From contig CAVSLC010000005.1 in the NCBI GenBank assembly GCA_963728565.1, forward strand, positions 1 to 64,000: a stretch of 64,000 nt of DNA, given 5' to 3'. This DNA comes from an uncultured delta proteobacterium (lineage in GTDB: Bacteria > Desulfobacterota > Binatia > UBA9968). Shown one piece after another: positions 1 through 14,108 of this stretch; within the stretch, counting starts at the first letter, position 1, and every line of letters starts with the position of its first letter. Below the pieces are notes generated by a model that was not told where the DNA came from, searched no databases, and saw nothing but the letters and a program-made list of their open reading frames with translations. The translations under genes were made by a program, and so were the position numbers.

Positions 1-3442
<3,442 letters not shown>

Positions 3443-3444
<2 letters not shown>

Positions 3445-3577
3445 TTTTGGATTTTCGATTTTGGATTGGCGGAGTCAGAAAAATCGGATTATCTCACCGC
3501 GAAGGCGCGAAGGCGCAGTAAGAAGATTCAGATAGATTTCTGCGAACTCTGGGTTGTTTGTTGTGAATTTCGATCTT
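3443..3577. repeat. Degenerate periodic-arm intergenic element (7-mer GATTTTG run plus TCACCGCGAAG arm)
   Basis: GATTTTGGATTTTCGATTTTGGATTG from 3444; TCACCGCGAAGGCGCGAAGGCGCAG at 3494-3518 resembles the arm at 11298. Confidence 0.5.
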
Positions 3578-3623
3578 GGAATACTTTGCGTACGATTTGC
3601 GCCATTCGCGGGAAAAAAAATTT

Positions 3624-3992
3624 ATGGATGAAAAGAAAATACTGCTGGTTGAAGACAACCCGGTAAATCGGCGGCTGGCCGGATTTCTGCTGCGGTCCCA
3701 GGGCTACGAGGTTGTTGAAGCAACCAATGCAGCCGAGGCGTTGGAGATTCTCGCCAAGGACCCACCCGATCTGATCGTGATGGACATTCAACTCCCTGAG
3801 ATGGATGGACTCGAAGCTACCACAAAGCTTAAAGCCGAACCGGCAACGGCGAAAATACCGGTGATTGCGGTTACGTCCTACGCCATGGCGGGAGACCGGG
3901 AGAGGGCGCTCGCCGCCGGTTGCAGTGGATACGTTACCAAGCCTATCGACAAAACCGTATTTCTCGCAGAGATCAGTCGTCATTTAAAGTAA
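3624..3992 (+). CDS. Single-domain response regulator (DivK/CheY-like)
   Basis: ILLVEDN, LIVMDIQLPEMDG, VIAVTSYAM, YVTKP receiver motifs; ATG 3624. Confidence 0.92.
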   Translation: MDEKKILLVEDNPVNRRLAGFLLRSQGYEVVEATNAAEALEILAKDPPDLIVMDIQLPEMDGLEATTKLKAEPATAKIPVIAVTSYAMAGDRERALAAGCSGYVTKPIDKTVFLAEISRHLK

Positions 3993-4006
3993 AAGACTCC
4001 GGACAA

Positions 4007-4165
4007 AAATTCGAAGCACGAATTTCGAAACCCGAAACAAATTCAAATGTTCCAAACTTTCAATCTTCAAAAAACGGCCCGATCAGGCAGGGTTTCCAAT
4101 TTTCCGAGTTTGGGATTTATTTGGCTGCGCTTTGTTTCGGATTTCGATATTTGGATTTCGGATTT
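4007..4165. repeat. Hairpin element with 35-bp inverted arms made of five 7-mers (AAATCCG-like)
   Basis: Left AAATTCG-AAGCACG-AATTTCG-AAACCCG-AAACAAA (4007-4041); right TTTGTTT-CGGATTT-CGATATT-TGGATTT-CGGATTT (4131-4165). Confidence 0.8.
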
Positions 4166-4221
4166 TTTAAGCGGACTTAGCGCTATAATTTGTTTCACAC
4201 TGAAAGCGTAATTTTCCAGAA

Positions 4222-5578
4222 ATGACAATCACAGCCACACGGGTGCTGATCGTCGACGATGATGGAGCCTCTCGTCGGCTCTTGCGCGTGCGACTGGAGG
4301 CTATGGGATGCACGGTTGCGGCGGTCGCGGATGGCCCTGAAGCCCTAGCCGAGATTAAAAAACACGAGCCGGAACTGATGCTCCTGGATCTCCAGATGCC
4401 CAAAATGGGGGGTATTGAGGTTCTTAAGGAGTTGGCCAAGCAAGGAACGAAGTTTCCGGTGGTTGTGATCAGCGCACACGGTTCCATCGAAAGTGCCGTC
4501 GACGCGATGAAACAGGGAGCCTATGACTTCATCACCAAGCCCATCGACGCCAAACATTTTGAGATCGTCGTGCGCAAAGCCTTGGAAAGGGAGGGATTGA
4601 AGCGCGGCTTGGAGCTACTCACGGAAGAAACCGATAGCCGCCACCGTCTTATCGTCGGGCAAAGCAAAAGAATGGCGGAAGCCCTTGAGACCGCGCAGCA
4701 AGGCTGCTGCCAGCAAGGCGACAGTGTTGCTCCTGGGAGAAAGCGGCACCGGCAAGGAAATATTTGCGCGCGCGATTCACAATTGGAGCGATAGAAAGAG
4801 CCAACCCTTCGTGGCGATCAATTGCGTGGGCTTGTCGAAGGAACTCTTGGAAAGCGAGCTGTTCGGGCACGAGAAGGGAGCGTTTACAGGGGCCGACCAA
4901 CAGAAAAAAGGCAAGATGGAACTCGCAAACGGCGGGACGGTGTTCCTCGACGAAATCGGAGATATGTCCCAGGAGCTCCAAACCAAGTTATTACGATTTC
5001 TCCAGGAGCGCGAATTCGATCGGGTCGGCGGCGTCAGGCCGATTCACGTTGACGTTAGAATTATCGGTGCGACCAATCGCGATTTGGAGACTGCCGTCAA
5101 AGAGGGACGCTTCCGCCAAGATCTCTATCACCGCATCAACGTCATCCCGATCACACTTCCGCCGTTGAGAGAAAGAGTGGAAGACATCCCGGTTTTGGCG
5201 CATCACTTTGTGGAATATTACGCCAAAGAGGCAAAAAAGAACTTCACCGAGATTGTCGCCGATGCCCTGAAGCAGCTCTGTGCCTATGACTGGCCCGGCA
5301 ACGTCCGCGAGCTGGGCAACGCCATCGAAAGGGCTATCGTTCTGGGCCATGGCCCGTGCGTGACGGTACAGGACTTGCCATCGAGAGTTGTTGCGTCAGT
5401 AGTGCGCCCGACAATCGATGGTCGATCCTACCGTGACGCCATGGAAGATTACCGGAAAGAATTGATTCTTGTCGCCCTAGAGCGCTGCCGCGGTAATCGC
5501 GCCGCCGCGGCGCGGCTCCTTGGACTGCACGAGAAATATTTCCTAAGGCTTCTTAAGTCACTGGCTATCAGTGTTTAA
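4222..5578 (+). CDS. Sigma-54-dependent response regulator (NtrC/AtoC family), one frameshift near 4697
   Basis: REC domain in 4222-4794 frame; [28 protein letters not shown] and Fis-type HTH in 4685-5578 frame. Confidence 0.92.
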
Positions 5579-5710
5579 CCGTCTATCAAGCAAATCCCGA
5601 TCAAGCGATTCGAGTTCTAACTTGACGGCGGCGCTTCACTTCAACTAAAGATAGTCCGACCACGCGAAGATTGCAGACTGGTGGATCCCCGTCACGTCAC
5701 GCATCAAGAA

Positions 5711-5745
5711 GCCCGGACTGGGATTCCCAGCCGGGTTTTTCTTTT
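5711..5745 (+). terminator. Intrinsic terminator-like hairpin immediately upstream of the second kinase
   Basis: GCCCGG(A)CTGGG-ATT-CCCAG-CCGGGT followed by T-rich tract to 5745. Confidence 0.7.
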
Positions 5746-5750
5746 GCAGG

Positions 5751-8700
5751 ATGAATAAAAAGCCCGTCAAGAAAAAGAGAGTGAAACGGCGTATGCCGTC
5801 TTCCAAAGAATCCATTGTAAATCTCAAGAAGACAATCGCCGCGCAGGCGCAAGAAATTCGTGAGGGCGTGGAACAGCAGACCGCGACGAGCGAAATCCTG
5901 CGCATGATCGCGCGTGCGCCGGCGGACCTTCAGGCCGTGATGGATACCATTGCCGAAAACGCCGCGCGGGTGTGCGATGCGGTTGATGCCGTGGTGTGGC
6001 GGATCGACGGCGATGTTCGACACGTTGCCGCGCATTTTGGAACGATCCCTATGCGGCAGGTTCAAGAAGAGGGTGATGAATTCGGATCGGTCCAGGACGG
6101 TCGGCCGGGCCATGCTCGATCGTCAAACGGTTCATGTCCATGACCTTCGCGAATCCGCAGAAGCCGAGTTTCCGGCTCTCCAAAACTAGAGGATAGCTTC
6201 GGGCATGCGCACGGTGCTGGTGACGCCGTTACTCCGTGACGGCACGGGCATTGGAGCTATTCATATCCGCAGGCAAGAGGTCCGTCCATTCTCGGATCGT
6301 CAAATAAAACTGCTCGAAACTTTCGCCGATCAGGCGGTGATCGCCATCGAGAACGCGCGGCTGATTTACGAGCAACAGGCGAGTAATCGTGATTTAACCG
6401 AGGCCCTTCAACAGCAGACCGCGACCAGTGAAATCCTGCGGGTGATCGCCAGCTCGCCGACGGATATCCAGCCGGTGTTGGATGCCGTGGCGGAGAGCGC
6501 GGCCACGCTATGTGAATCCTATGACGCGCAAATTTTTCGACTGGAGAATGACGACGTGCACCGCGTCGCTTCATACGGTCCCTTGCTGATCGCGATGGAG
6601 CATACGCCGTTGAACCGCCAATCTCCGGCCGGCCGGGCAATGGTTGACCGGGAATTAATTCATATCCATGACCTCGCGGCAGAGATTGATTCTGAATATC
6701 CGGAAATCAAGAGCTACCAGCAACAGATTGGTCATCGCACAACGCTTGCGGCTCCGCTCCTGCGCGAAGGCGCGCCCATCGGGGCGATTCTCATACGTCG
6801 GTTGGAAGTCCGTCCGTTTACCGACAAACAGATAGCCCTTCTCAAAACGTTCGCCGACCAGGCGGTTATTGCCATCGAGAACGTACGGCTTTTCAAAGAA
6901 TTGCAGGAGCGCGCCGCGGAACTGCGCGAGGCTTTAGAGCATCAGACAGCGACGGCCGAGGTGCTCGGCATCATCAGCCGGTCACCGACGGACGTGCAGC
7001 CGGTGTTCGATGCCATCGTCACGGGCGCGGCCCGAGTTTGCGGGATCGACGATGTGGTGCTGCGACTGTGCGAGGGTGACGCTATGGTTTCCCGGGCTCA
7101 TTTTGGTCCTATACCCGGATCCAGTAGCCGCGTCGAGATGAGTATCGATGAGCCACGGTTTCGCTGGATGCGCGAGCACGGGACGCTGCATATCCCCGAT
7201 CGCCGCGAGCAGAATATTATCCCGCCAATAGGAACCGTCAGCGACTGGCGCACCTGGTTAGGCGTCCCGCTTCGGCAGAAGGACGAATTCATTGGAACAT
7301 TGATCGCGCGCCGCACGGAAGTTCGCCCGTTCTCGGATAAGCAAATCAGATTGTTGCACACCTTCGCCGACCAAGCAGTGATTGCCATAGAAAATGTTCG
7401 TTTGTTTAGCGAATTGCAGGAACGTAACCGCGATCTCACCGAAGCACTCGAACAACAGACCGCGACCAGCGAAGTGCTGAAGGTGATCAGCAGTTCGCCG
7501 ACAGACGTGCAGCCGGTCTTCGACGCTATCGTGCAGAGCGCGACGAAACTTTGTGACGCATCGTTCGGTTCAGTCCATCGTTTTGATGGCCAAGTCATAA
7601 CTATTGAAGCGCGACAGAACTTTACGGCCGAGCAAATCGAGGTAAGCGAACAGAGATTTCCGATCGCGGCAACGCGCGGTACAGCCGTTGGCCGAGCTGT
7701 TTTGGGTAGCCAAATCGTTCACATCCAGGATATTCGCCTCGACCCTGAGTACGCGTTTGTCAGTGATCAGGAGACTTTCAATTATCGGACAGTTCTGGCT
7801 GTGCCGCTTCTGAAGGACGGTGAACCAATCGGCGCGCTCGGGATGTGGAGGCGGGAGGTAAAACCTTTCACAGAGAGCCAAATCAATCTCATCAAGACTT
7901 TTGCCGATCAAGCGATGATCGCCATCGAGAACGTGCGATTGTTCAAGGAACTACAGGATCGCAACCGCGAACTTACCGAGGCTTTGGAGCAGCAGACGGC
8001 GACAAGCGAAGTTCTCCGGGTAATCGCATCCTCGCCGACGGAGCTGCAACCAGTGCTCGACACACTGATCGCCAACGCGGTGAAGCTATCGGGCGCGACC
8101 AAGGGTCACGTTCGGCAAGTCGACGGCGAGTTTCACCGGGTCGTAGCCCATTACGGCGAGAGCCCGGAAAGGATCAGCTTCCTACGCGCCAACCCGCTAC
8201 CGGCAAGCCCAGTTACCCCTACGGGTCGGGCGTTGGTGGAGCGCAAACCCGTTCACGTTCTGGACGTTCAACTGGAAACCGGCCCACATATATCTTTGGC
8301 GCGGCAAACCGGAGCACGGACGATGTTGGCTGCACCCCTGCTGCGTGAAGAAACGCCAATCGGCGGCATCATTATTTGGCGTGAGTTCGTCGAACCATTC
8401 ACCGAACGTCAGATCGAACTCGTCAAAACCTTCGCTGATCAAGCCGTAATCGCGATCGAGAACGTGCGATTGTTTAAGGAACTAGAAGATCGGAATCGCC
8501 AGCTTACTGAGGCGTTGGAACAGCAGACTGCCACGAGTGAAATTCTCGGTGTCATCGCGAGTTCTCCCACCGACATCCAGCCGGTATTGGATGTCGTAGC
8601 AGAGAACGCCGCGCGGCTGTGCGTTGCAACAGATGCACAGATTCGTCTGGTGGATGGTGAAGTCACCCGCTTGGCAGCGTCATTCGGAACCCTCGGATCC

Positions 8701-11334
8701 CTGGAACTCAGGCCCATTCTCCCGGAGAATCCGTCCGGTCGGGCGATTCTCTCGCGAAAGACCTTACACGTTCATGATCTTCAAGAGCGAAAGGACGAAT
8801 TCGCTGGAAGCGAAGGCGTGCGCCGAGGGGTTCGGACATTTCTGAGCACGCCGATGCTAAGGGAAGGTACGCCGATCGGGGCGATCAACATCAGGCGAAT
8901 GGAAGTTCGTCCCTTTTCAGAGAGACAAATCAAACTGCTTGAAACTTTCGCGGCTCAGTCCGTAATCGCCATTGAAAACGTGCGGTTGTTTAAGGAGATC
9001 CAGGAGCGCAACGCAGAACTGCGCGAGGCATTGGAACATCAGACGGCGACGTCCGAAGTGCTCGGCATAATCAGCCGTTCGCCAACGGATGTGCAGCCGG
9101 TTCTCGATGCGATAGTTGAAAGCGCCGCACGGGTCTGTGCGATAGATGACGTCGTCCTTCGGCTCAAGGAGGGGAACACTATGGTTGCGCGTTCCCATTT
9201 TGGTCCCATAGGCATCGCCAACAGTCAGCGCAGTATCGATGAGCCAAATTATCGCTGGGTGCGTGATCACGGTACGCTACACATCCCCGACGTTCAGGCC
9301 GCGCAAAATGAATTTCCGATGTTTGGTGTTGGTGGGGGCTTCCGGACCTTCTTGGCGGCTCCTCTTCGTCATCAAGGGGAACTCATTGGAACTCTGAACG
9401 CACGCCGCACGGAAGTGCGTCCCTTCACTTCCGCGCAGATCAAACTCCTCGAGACGTTCGCGGATCAGGCAGTGATCGCGATCGAGAACGTCCGATTGTT
9501 CAACGAACTCAAAGAGTCGTTGGAGCAGCAAACGGCGACGAGTGAAATTTTGGGTGTCATCGCCAGCTCGCCAACGGATATTCAGCCGGTAATGGATAGG
9601 GTCGCGGAACGTGCCGCGCGGATCTGCGATGCCACTCATGCGGCGCTCCTTCGCTGGGATGGCACCACTCTGTTTCATTCGGCCCACTATGGGTCGATCC
9701 CAACATCAAGAAAATTGGGAGAGCAGGTAGTTTGCAGTCGCGGCACAGTCCATGGCCGAGCCATCATCGAGAAGCGGACGATCCATGTAGCCGATATTGC
9801 CACTGAGAGTAAAGCCGAGTTCCCGGATGCTAAAGTCATGCATGAGGAAACTGGTACTCGGACTATTCTTGCGACGCCGCTAATGCGCGAGGGAAGTCCG
9901 GTCGGGGTGATCGTCATACGCCGAACGGAGGTGCGCCCCTTCACCGACAAGCAGATCGCGCTTCTTAAAACCTTCGCTGACCAAGCGGTGATCGCGATCG
10001 AGAACGTGCGGCTCTTCCAAGAGCTCGAAGCACGGACCCGCGAGCTGCAGGAATCGGTCCAGGAGTTGAAAGCGCTGGGTGAGGTCGGCCAGGCGGTGAG
10101 CTCGAGCCTCGATCTCGAAACCGTGCTCGAAACCATCGTCGCGCGCGCGGTCGATCTGTCAAGAACCGATTGCGGGGTGATTTACGAGTTTGATGAAGGC
10201 GCGCAAGAGTTCAACTTGCGGGCGAGCCACCGGATGGAAGACGAAGCGGTTGAAGCGCTCAGGGCCACTCGGATAAGAGCGGGCGAAGGCGCCGCCGGGC
10301 AGGCGGCGACCACCCGAGCGCCGGTGCAGATTCCAGACACTTTCGATCAGCGTGAGCGTTCGACCTCGAGGATCAGACCTTTGCTTAACCGGCTTGGTTA
10401 TCGGTCACTTCTAACGGTGCCGCTGTTGCGCGAGCAGAAAATTCTCGGAGGCCTGACGGTCTGGCGTCGGCAAGCGGGCGAGTTCGATCCCGAAGTTGTG
10501 AACTTGCTACAAACTTTCGCGACGCAATCCGCTCTAGCCATTCATAATGCGCAGTTGTTTCGCGAGATTCAGGCCAAGGGCCGTGAACTTGAAGCTGCCA
10601 ACCGGCATAAGTCGGAGTTTCTCGCAAATGTCTCGCATGAGCTGCGCACGCCTTTGAATGCGATCATCGGTTTCTCGGAAGTGCTGTTGGAGAAACTGTT
10701 CGGAGAGCTGAATGACAAGCAGAACGAGTACGTCGACGACATTCTTTCCTCGGGCCGGCATCTGCTTTCGCTCATCAATGACATCCTCGATCTTTCAAAA
10801 ATCGAAGCGGGCCACATGGAGCTGGAGTTGACGAGCTTCGATTTACCGATGGCGCTGGAAAACGCGCTGGTTCTGATAAAGGAGCGCGCTTCCCGGCAGG
10901 GCGTTAGGCTTGAGCGTGTGGTTGACGAACAGCTCGGCGATTTCCGAGGCGATGAGCGCAAAATCAAACAGGTGCTGGTGAACTTACTTTCCAACGCAGT
11001 AAAGTTCACGCCGGAAGGAGGGAAGATCCAGCTACGCGCCCGCTTAGACAACGGCGCGGTGAAAATTTCCGTCAGCGATACCGGCATTGGCATCGCGCCG
11101 GAGCATCACGAGGCGATCTTCGAGGAATTTCGTCAGGTAGGGTCCGATTACGCACGAAAGCGGGAAGGGACAGGATTGGGTCTGACATTGACGAAGAAGT
11201 TTGTCGAGATGCATGGCGGTCGCATTTGGGTCGAAAGCGAGCCTGGCAAAGGGAGCACCTTTACGTTCACCCTGCCGATAAACCACGAAGAGAAGACTCA
11301 CCACGAAGGACACGAAGGTCACGAAGAGAAGTAA
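5751..11334 (+). CDS. Giant cytoplasmic histidine kinase with 9 tandem GAF modules (frameshift near 6080-6200)
   Basis: ORFs 5751-6143, 5950-6189 and 6205-11334; nine [18 protein letters not shown] linkers; [36 protein letters not shown]; no obvious TM segment. Confidence 0.93.
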
Positions 11335-11757
11335 ACTAGAAGAGGATGGGTCCACTTGAAGTTCGATGATTTATCAAACAAGGTCCTTGGTTGTGCCATT
11401 GAGGTCCATCGCGAGCTTGGGCCTGGATTGCTGGAGTCGACTTACGAGCAGTGCTTGGGTTACGAGCTAAGCCTCGCGAATATACCATTTAAACTTCAAG
11501 TTGCGCTGCCTGTCGAGTACAAACAGATCAGGCTTGAGTGTGGATATCGTATTGATCTATTGGTTGACGATCGCCTGATTGTGGAATTGAAGAGCGTCGA
11601 TCAGCTTCTTATGATCCATGAGGCACAAGTTCTAACCTATATGAAGCTCTCCGGGATGAGAGTCGGCTTGCTCATAAACTTCAACGTCGAGCTGCTAAGA
11701 AAAGGACTGAGAAGATTCGTTCTTTAAACTTCGTGTGCTTCGTGCCCTTCGTGGTGA
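11298..11757. mobile_element. Candidate element: GxxExxY gene bounded by 29-bp inverted arms of 9-bp period
   Basis: TCACCACGAAGGACACGAAGGTCACGAAG (11298-11326) vs CTTCGTGTGCTTCGTGCCCTTCGTGGTGA (11729-11757), 26/29 complementary. Confidence 0.65.
11356..11727 (+). CDS. GxxExxY protein (PD-(D/E)XK nuclease-like)
   Basis: 123 aa with [10 protein letters not shown] motif, RIDLLV..IVELKS, AQVLTY, GLLINF. Confidence 0.92.
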   Translation: MKFDDLSNKVLGCAIEVHRELGPGLLESTYEQCLGYELSLANIPFKLQVALPVEYKQIRLECGYRIDLLVDDRLIVELKSVDQLLMIHEAQVLTYMKLSGMRVGLLINFNVELLRKGLRRFVL

Positions 11758-11839
11758 AAACCCGATCTTCTCAAGTCACCCAATACGTTGTGCGTTTCAT
11801 TGATTTGCAAACTTCGACCATCCGGTGCAAGGAAATACT

Positions 11840-12220
11840 ATGGCTGGCGAACTGATACTTATCATCGAGGACAACGAGAAAAACCGGAAGCTCGCTCGCG
11901 ACGTGCTTCAGGTCAAGAGCTACCAGACCATAGAGTCGGAGACTGCCGAGGAAGGACTCGAGCTTGCTCTGGCACAATCGCCGGCGCTCATTTTGATGGA
12001 CATTCAGCTTCCGGGGATCGACGGGATTACGGCGCTGAAGCAGCTCCGGGCCGAGCCGAAGACCCAAGGCATTCCGGTCATCGCGATCACCGCATCGGCG
12101 ATGACACACAACCGGCAGACGATGTTGGCGGAAGGGTTCGACGGCTATCAGACCAAGCCGATTAGCTTGAAAGACTTTCTCGCCGAAGTAGAAAGGGTGC
12201 TCGCCACGGGACGCAGTTAG
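11840..12220 (+). CDS. Single-domain response regulator (DivK-like)
   Basis: ILIIEDN, ILMDIQLPGIDG, IAITASAM, YQTKP; paralog of 3624-3992. Confidence 0.92.
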   Translation: MAGELILIIEDNEKNRKLARDVLQVKSYQTIESETAEEGLELALAQSPALILMDIQLPGIDGITALKQLRAEPKTQGIPVIAITASAMTHNRQTMLAEGFDGYQTKPISLKDFLAEVERVLATGRS

Positions 12221-12259
12221 AAAATCCGAACTGCGTGTGCTTCGTGCTCTTCGTGCTGA
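12201..12259. repeat. Degenerate copy of the CACGAAG 9-bp-period element
   Basis: CTGCGTG-TG-CTTCGTG-CT-CTTCGTGCTGA at 12231-12259; possible eroded left arm TCGCCACGGGACGCAG in the end of the RR gene. Confidence 0.65.
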
Positions 12260-12312
12260 GAAAATAATCAGGAAACCCCAACCAAAGTTTCGAACTAAGA
12301 AACACAGCAGGA

Positions 12313-13428
12313 ATGAAAGCGGCCGCCAAAATCCTCGTTGTCGATGATACGCCGAAAAACGTAAAGCTTCTTGCCGACATACTGACGGCAAGGGGGTACA
12401 ACGTCGTGACTGCTGCCTCCGGTGCCGAGGCTTTATCTCAGGTGGAAGCCGAGCGCCCTGACCTGGTGCTGTTGGATGTGGTCATGGCGGAAATGAGCGG
12501 CTATGAAGTTTGTCGTAAGCTCCGGAGCAATCCTGTCACGCAACTTCTTCCTGTCGTGATGGTCACTGCTTTGGATCCGGGGGAAGAACGGGTCAAAGGG
12601 ATTGAAGCGGGCGCGGATGATTTTCTGACGAAGCCGATCAATCAAGCGGAACTGCTTGCGCGGGTAAAGTCGCTGATCCGTATTAAAGAGCTTTACGACA
12701 TAGTGCAGAATCAGGCCGCGGAGCTTGCCGAGTGGAATGAAAGTTTAGAGCGGCGTGTCGGAGAACAGCTGGAACAACTGGAACATCTGGGACGACTGAA
12801 ACGTTTCTTCTCTCCTCAACTCGCCGAGTTGATCCTGTCTGGAGGTGCCGAGGACCCGCTGAAAACTCATCGGCGCGAGATCACGGTAGTTTTCTTGGAT
12901 CTGCGCGGCTTTACGGCTTTTGCCGAGACCGCAGAGCCCGAGGATGTCATGGCAGTTCTACACGAGTATCACGCTGAAATGGGTAAGCTGGTTCTTCAGC
13001 ACGAAGGGACTCTCGAACGTTTCACCGGTGATGGCATGATGATTTTCTTCAATGATCCAGTGCCGGTGCCTAATCCAGCGGAACAGGCGGTCCAGATGGC
13101 TGCTGCAATGCGTCAACGGGTAGGAGAACTGATGGTGAAATGGCGCAAACTGGACTACGAGCTGGATTTCGGAGTTGGCATCGCGCAGGGCTACGCGACG
13201 ATTGGCGCCATCGGATTCGAGGGACGTTTGGACTACGGCGCCATCGGCACGGTCACGAATCTCGCTTCGCGGTTATGCGGTGAGGCCAAGCCGGGTCAGA
13301 TTTTGATTCCCCAGCGCCTACTCGGCAGTGTCGAGAGTTTGGTAGAAGCTCAATCAGTTGGCGAGCTTCACCTCAAAGGCTTTCACCGTCCGGTCACGGC
13401 TTACAATATTCTCCGCCTAAAAGACTGA
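12313..13428 (+). CDS. Response regulator fused to class III adenylate/guanylate cyclase
   Basis: N-terminal REC; FLDLRGFT, RFTGDGMM, DYGAIGTVTNLASRL, LKGF cyclase motifs. Confidence 0.93.
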   Translation: MKAAAKILVVDDTPKNVKLLADILTARGYNVVTAASGAEALSQVEAERPDLVLLDVVMAEMSGYEVCRKLRSNPVTQLLPVVMVTALDPGEERVKGIEAGADDFLTKPINQAELLARVKSLIRIKELYDIVQNQAAELAEWNESLERRVGEQLEQLEHLGRLKRFFSPQLAELILSGGAEDPLKTHRREITVVFLDLRGFTAFAETAEPEDVMAVLHEYHAEMGKLVLQHEGTLERFTGDGMMIFFNDPVPVPNPAEQAVQMAAAMRQRVGELMVKWRKLDYELDFGVGIAQGYATIGAIGFEGRLDYGAIGTVTNLASRLCGEAKPGQILIPQRLLGSVESLVEAQSVGELHLKGFHRPVTAYNILRLKD

Positions 13429-13515
13429 ATCTTCATTCCGCGTATCCTTGAGCTTGAACAAGGGTCGCATATCGCAGTTTCGGATTGGATCGTTTGTCTT
13501 CGAAAGGAAAAATAT

Positions 13516-13968
13516 ATGCGCGACACGGCTACTATTCTCGAGGCGGGCCAGGGGACGCTGCTTTCTGCGCGCGGCAGCGCAATGTTTTTCAAGGCGACGC
13601 GGGCGAGTACGGACGGCGCTTTCTCGCTGATGGAGCGCACGCTGCCACCGGGCGGCAGAAAACCGCCGCCTCACATTCACACAAACTGCGAGGAAGCTTT
13701 CTACGTTCTCGACGGAGAGGTAGAGTTCTCTGTCGGTGAAACTACCACAGTTGGGCGGCATGACACATTCGTACTCGTGCCCGGCGGGGTGGCTCACACG
13801 TTTGGCAATGCAGGCACGACACCCGCCCGTTTGTTGGTTATTCATGCGCCGGCGATGGACGCTTACTTTGAAGAACTGCAGGCGCTGTGGTCCGGAGACA
13901 TTCCTCCCACGCAGGATGCCGAGATGGAGTTGATGCGTCGGCACGGCATGGAGCCTGCGGGATCATAA
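13516..13968 (+). CDS. Cupin domain protein
   Basis: PPPHIH..EEAFYVLDGE and VPGGVAHTF cupin motifs. Confidence 0.85.
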   Translation: MRDTATILEAGQGTLLSARGSAMFFKATRASTDGAFSLMERTLPPGGRKPPPHIHTNCEEAFYVLDGEVEFSVGETTTVGRHDTFVLVPGGVAHTFGNAGTTPARLLVIHAPAMDAYFEELQALWSGDIPPTQDAEMELMRRHGMEPAGS

Positions 13969-14108
13969 GTTTTCGCGGCGGCCTCGGACACTCCGTTTCC
14001 CCAGAGATTACAATCCCTGAACGAACTTCCATTCGCCTTAGTCGATTGGTCTTCACGTCATATCGATGATATCTAATTGCAGGACCAATCCATGATCAGG
14101 GAGAGAAA

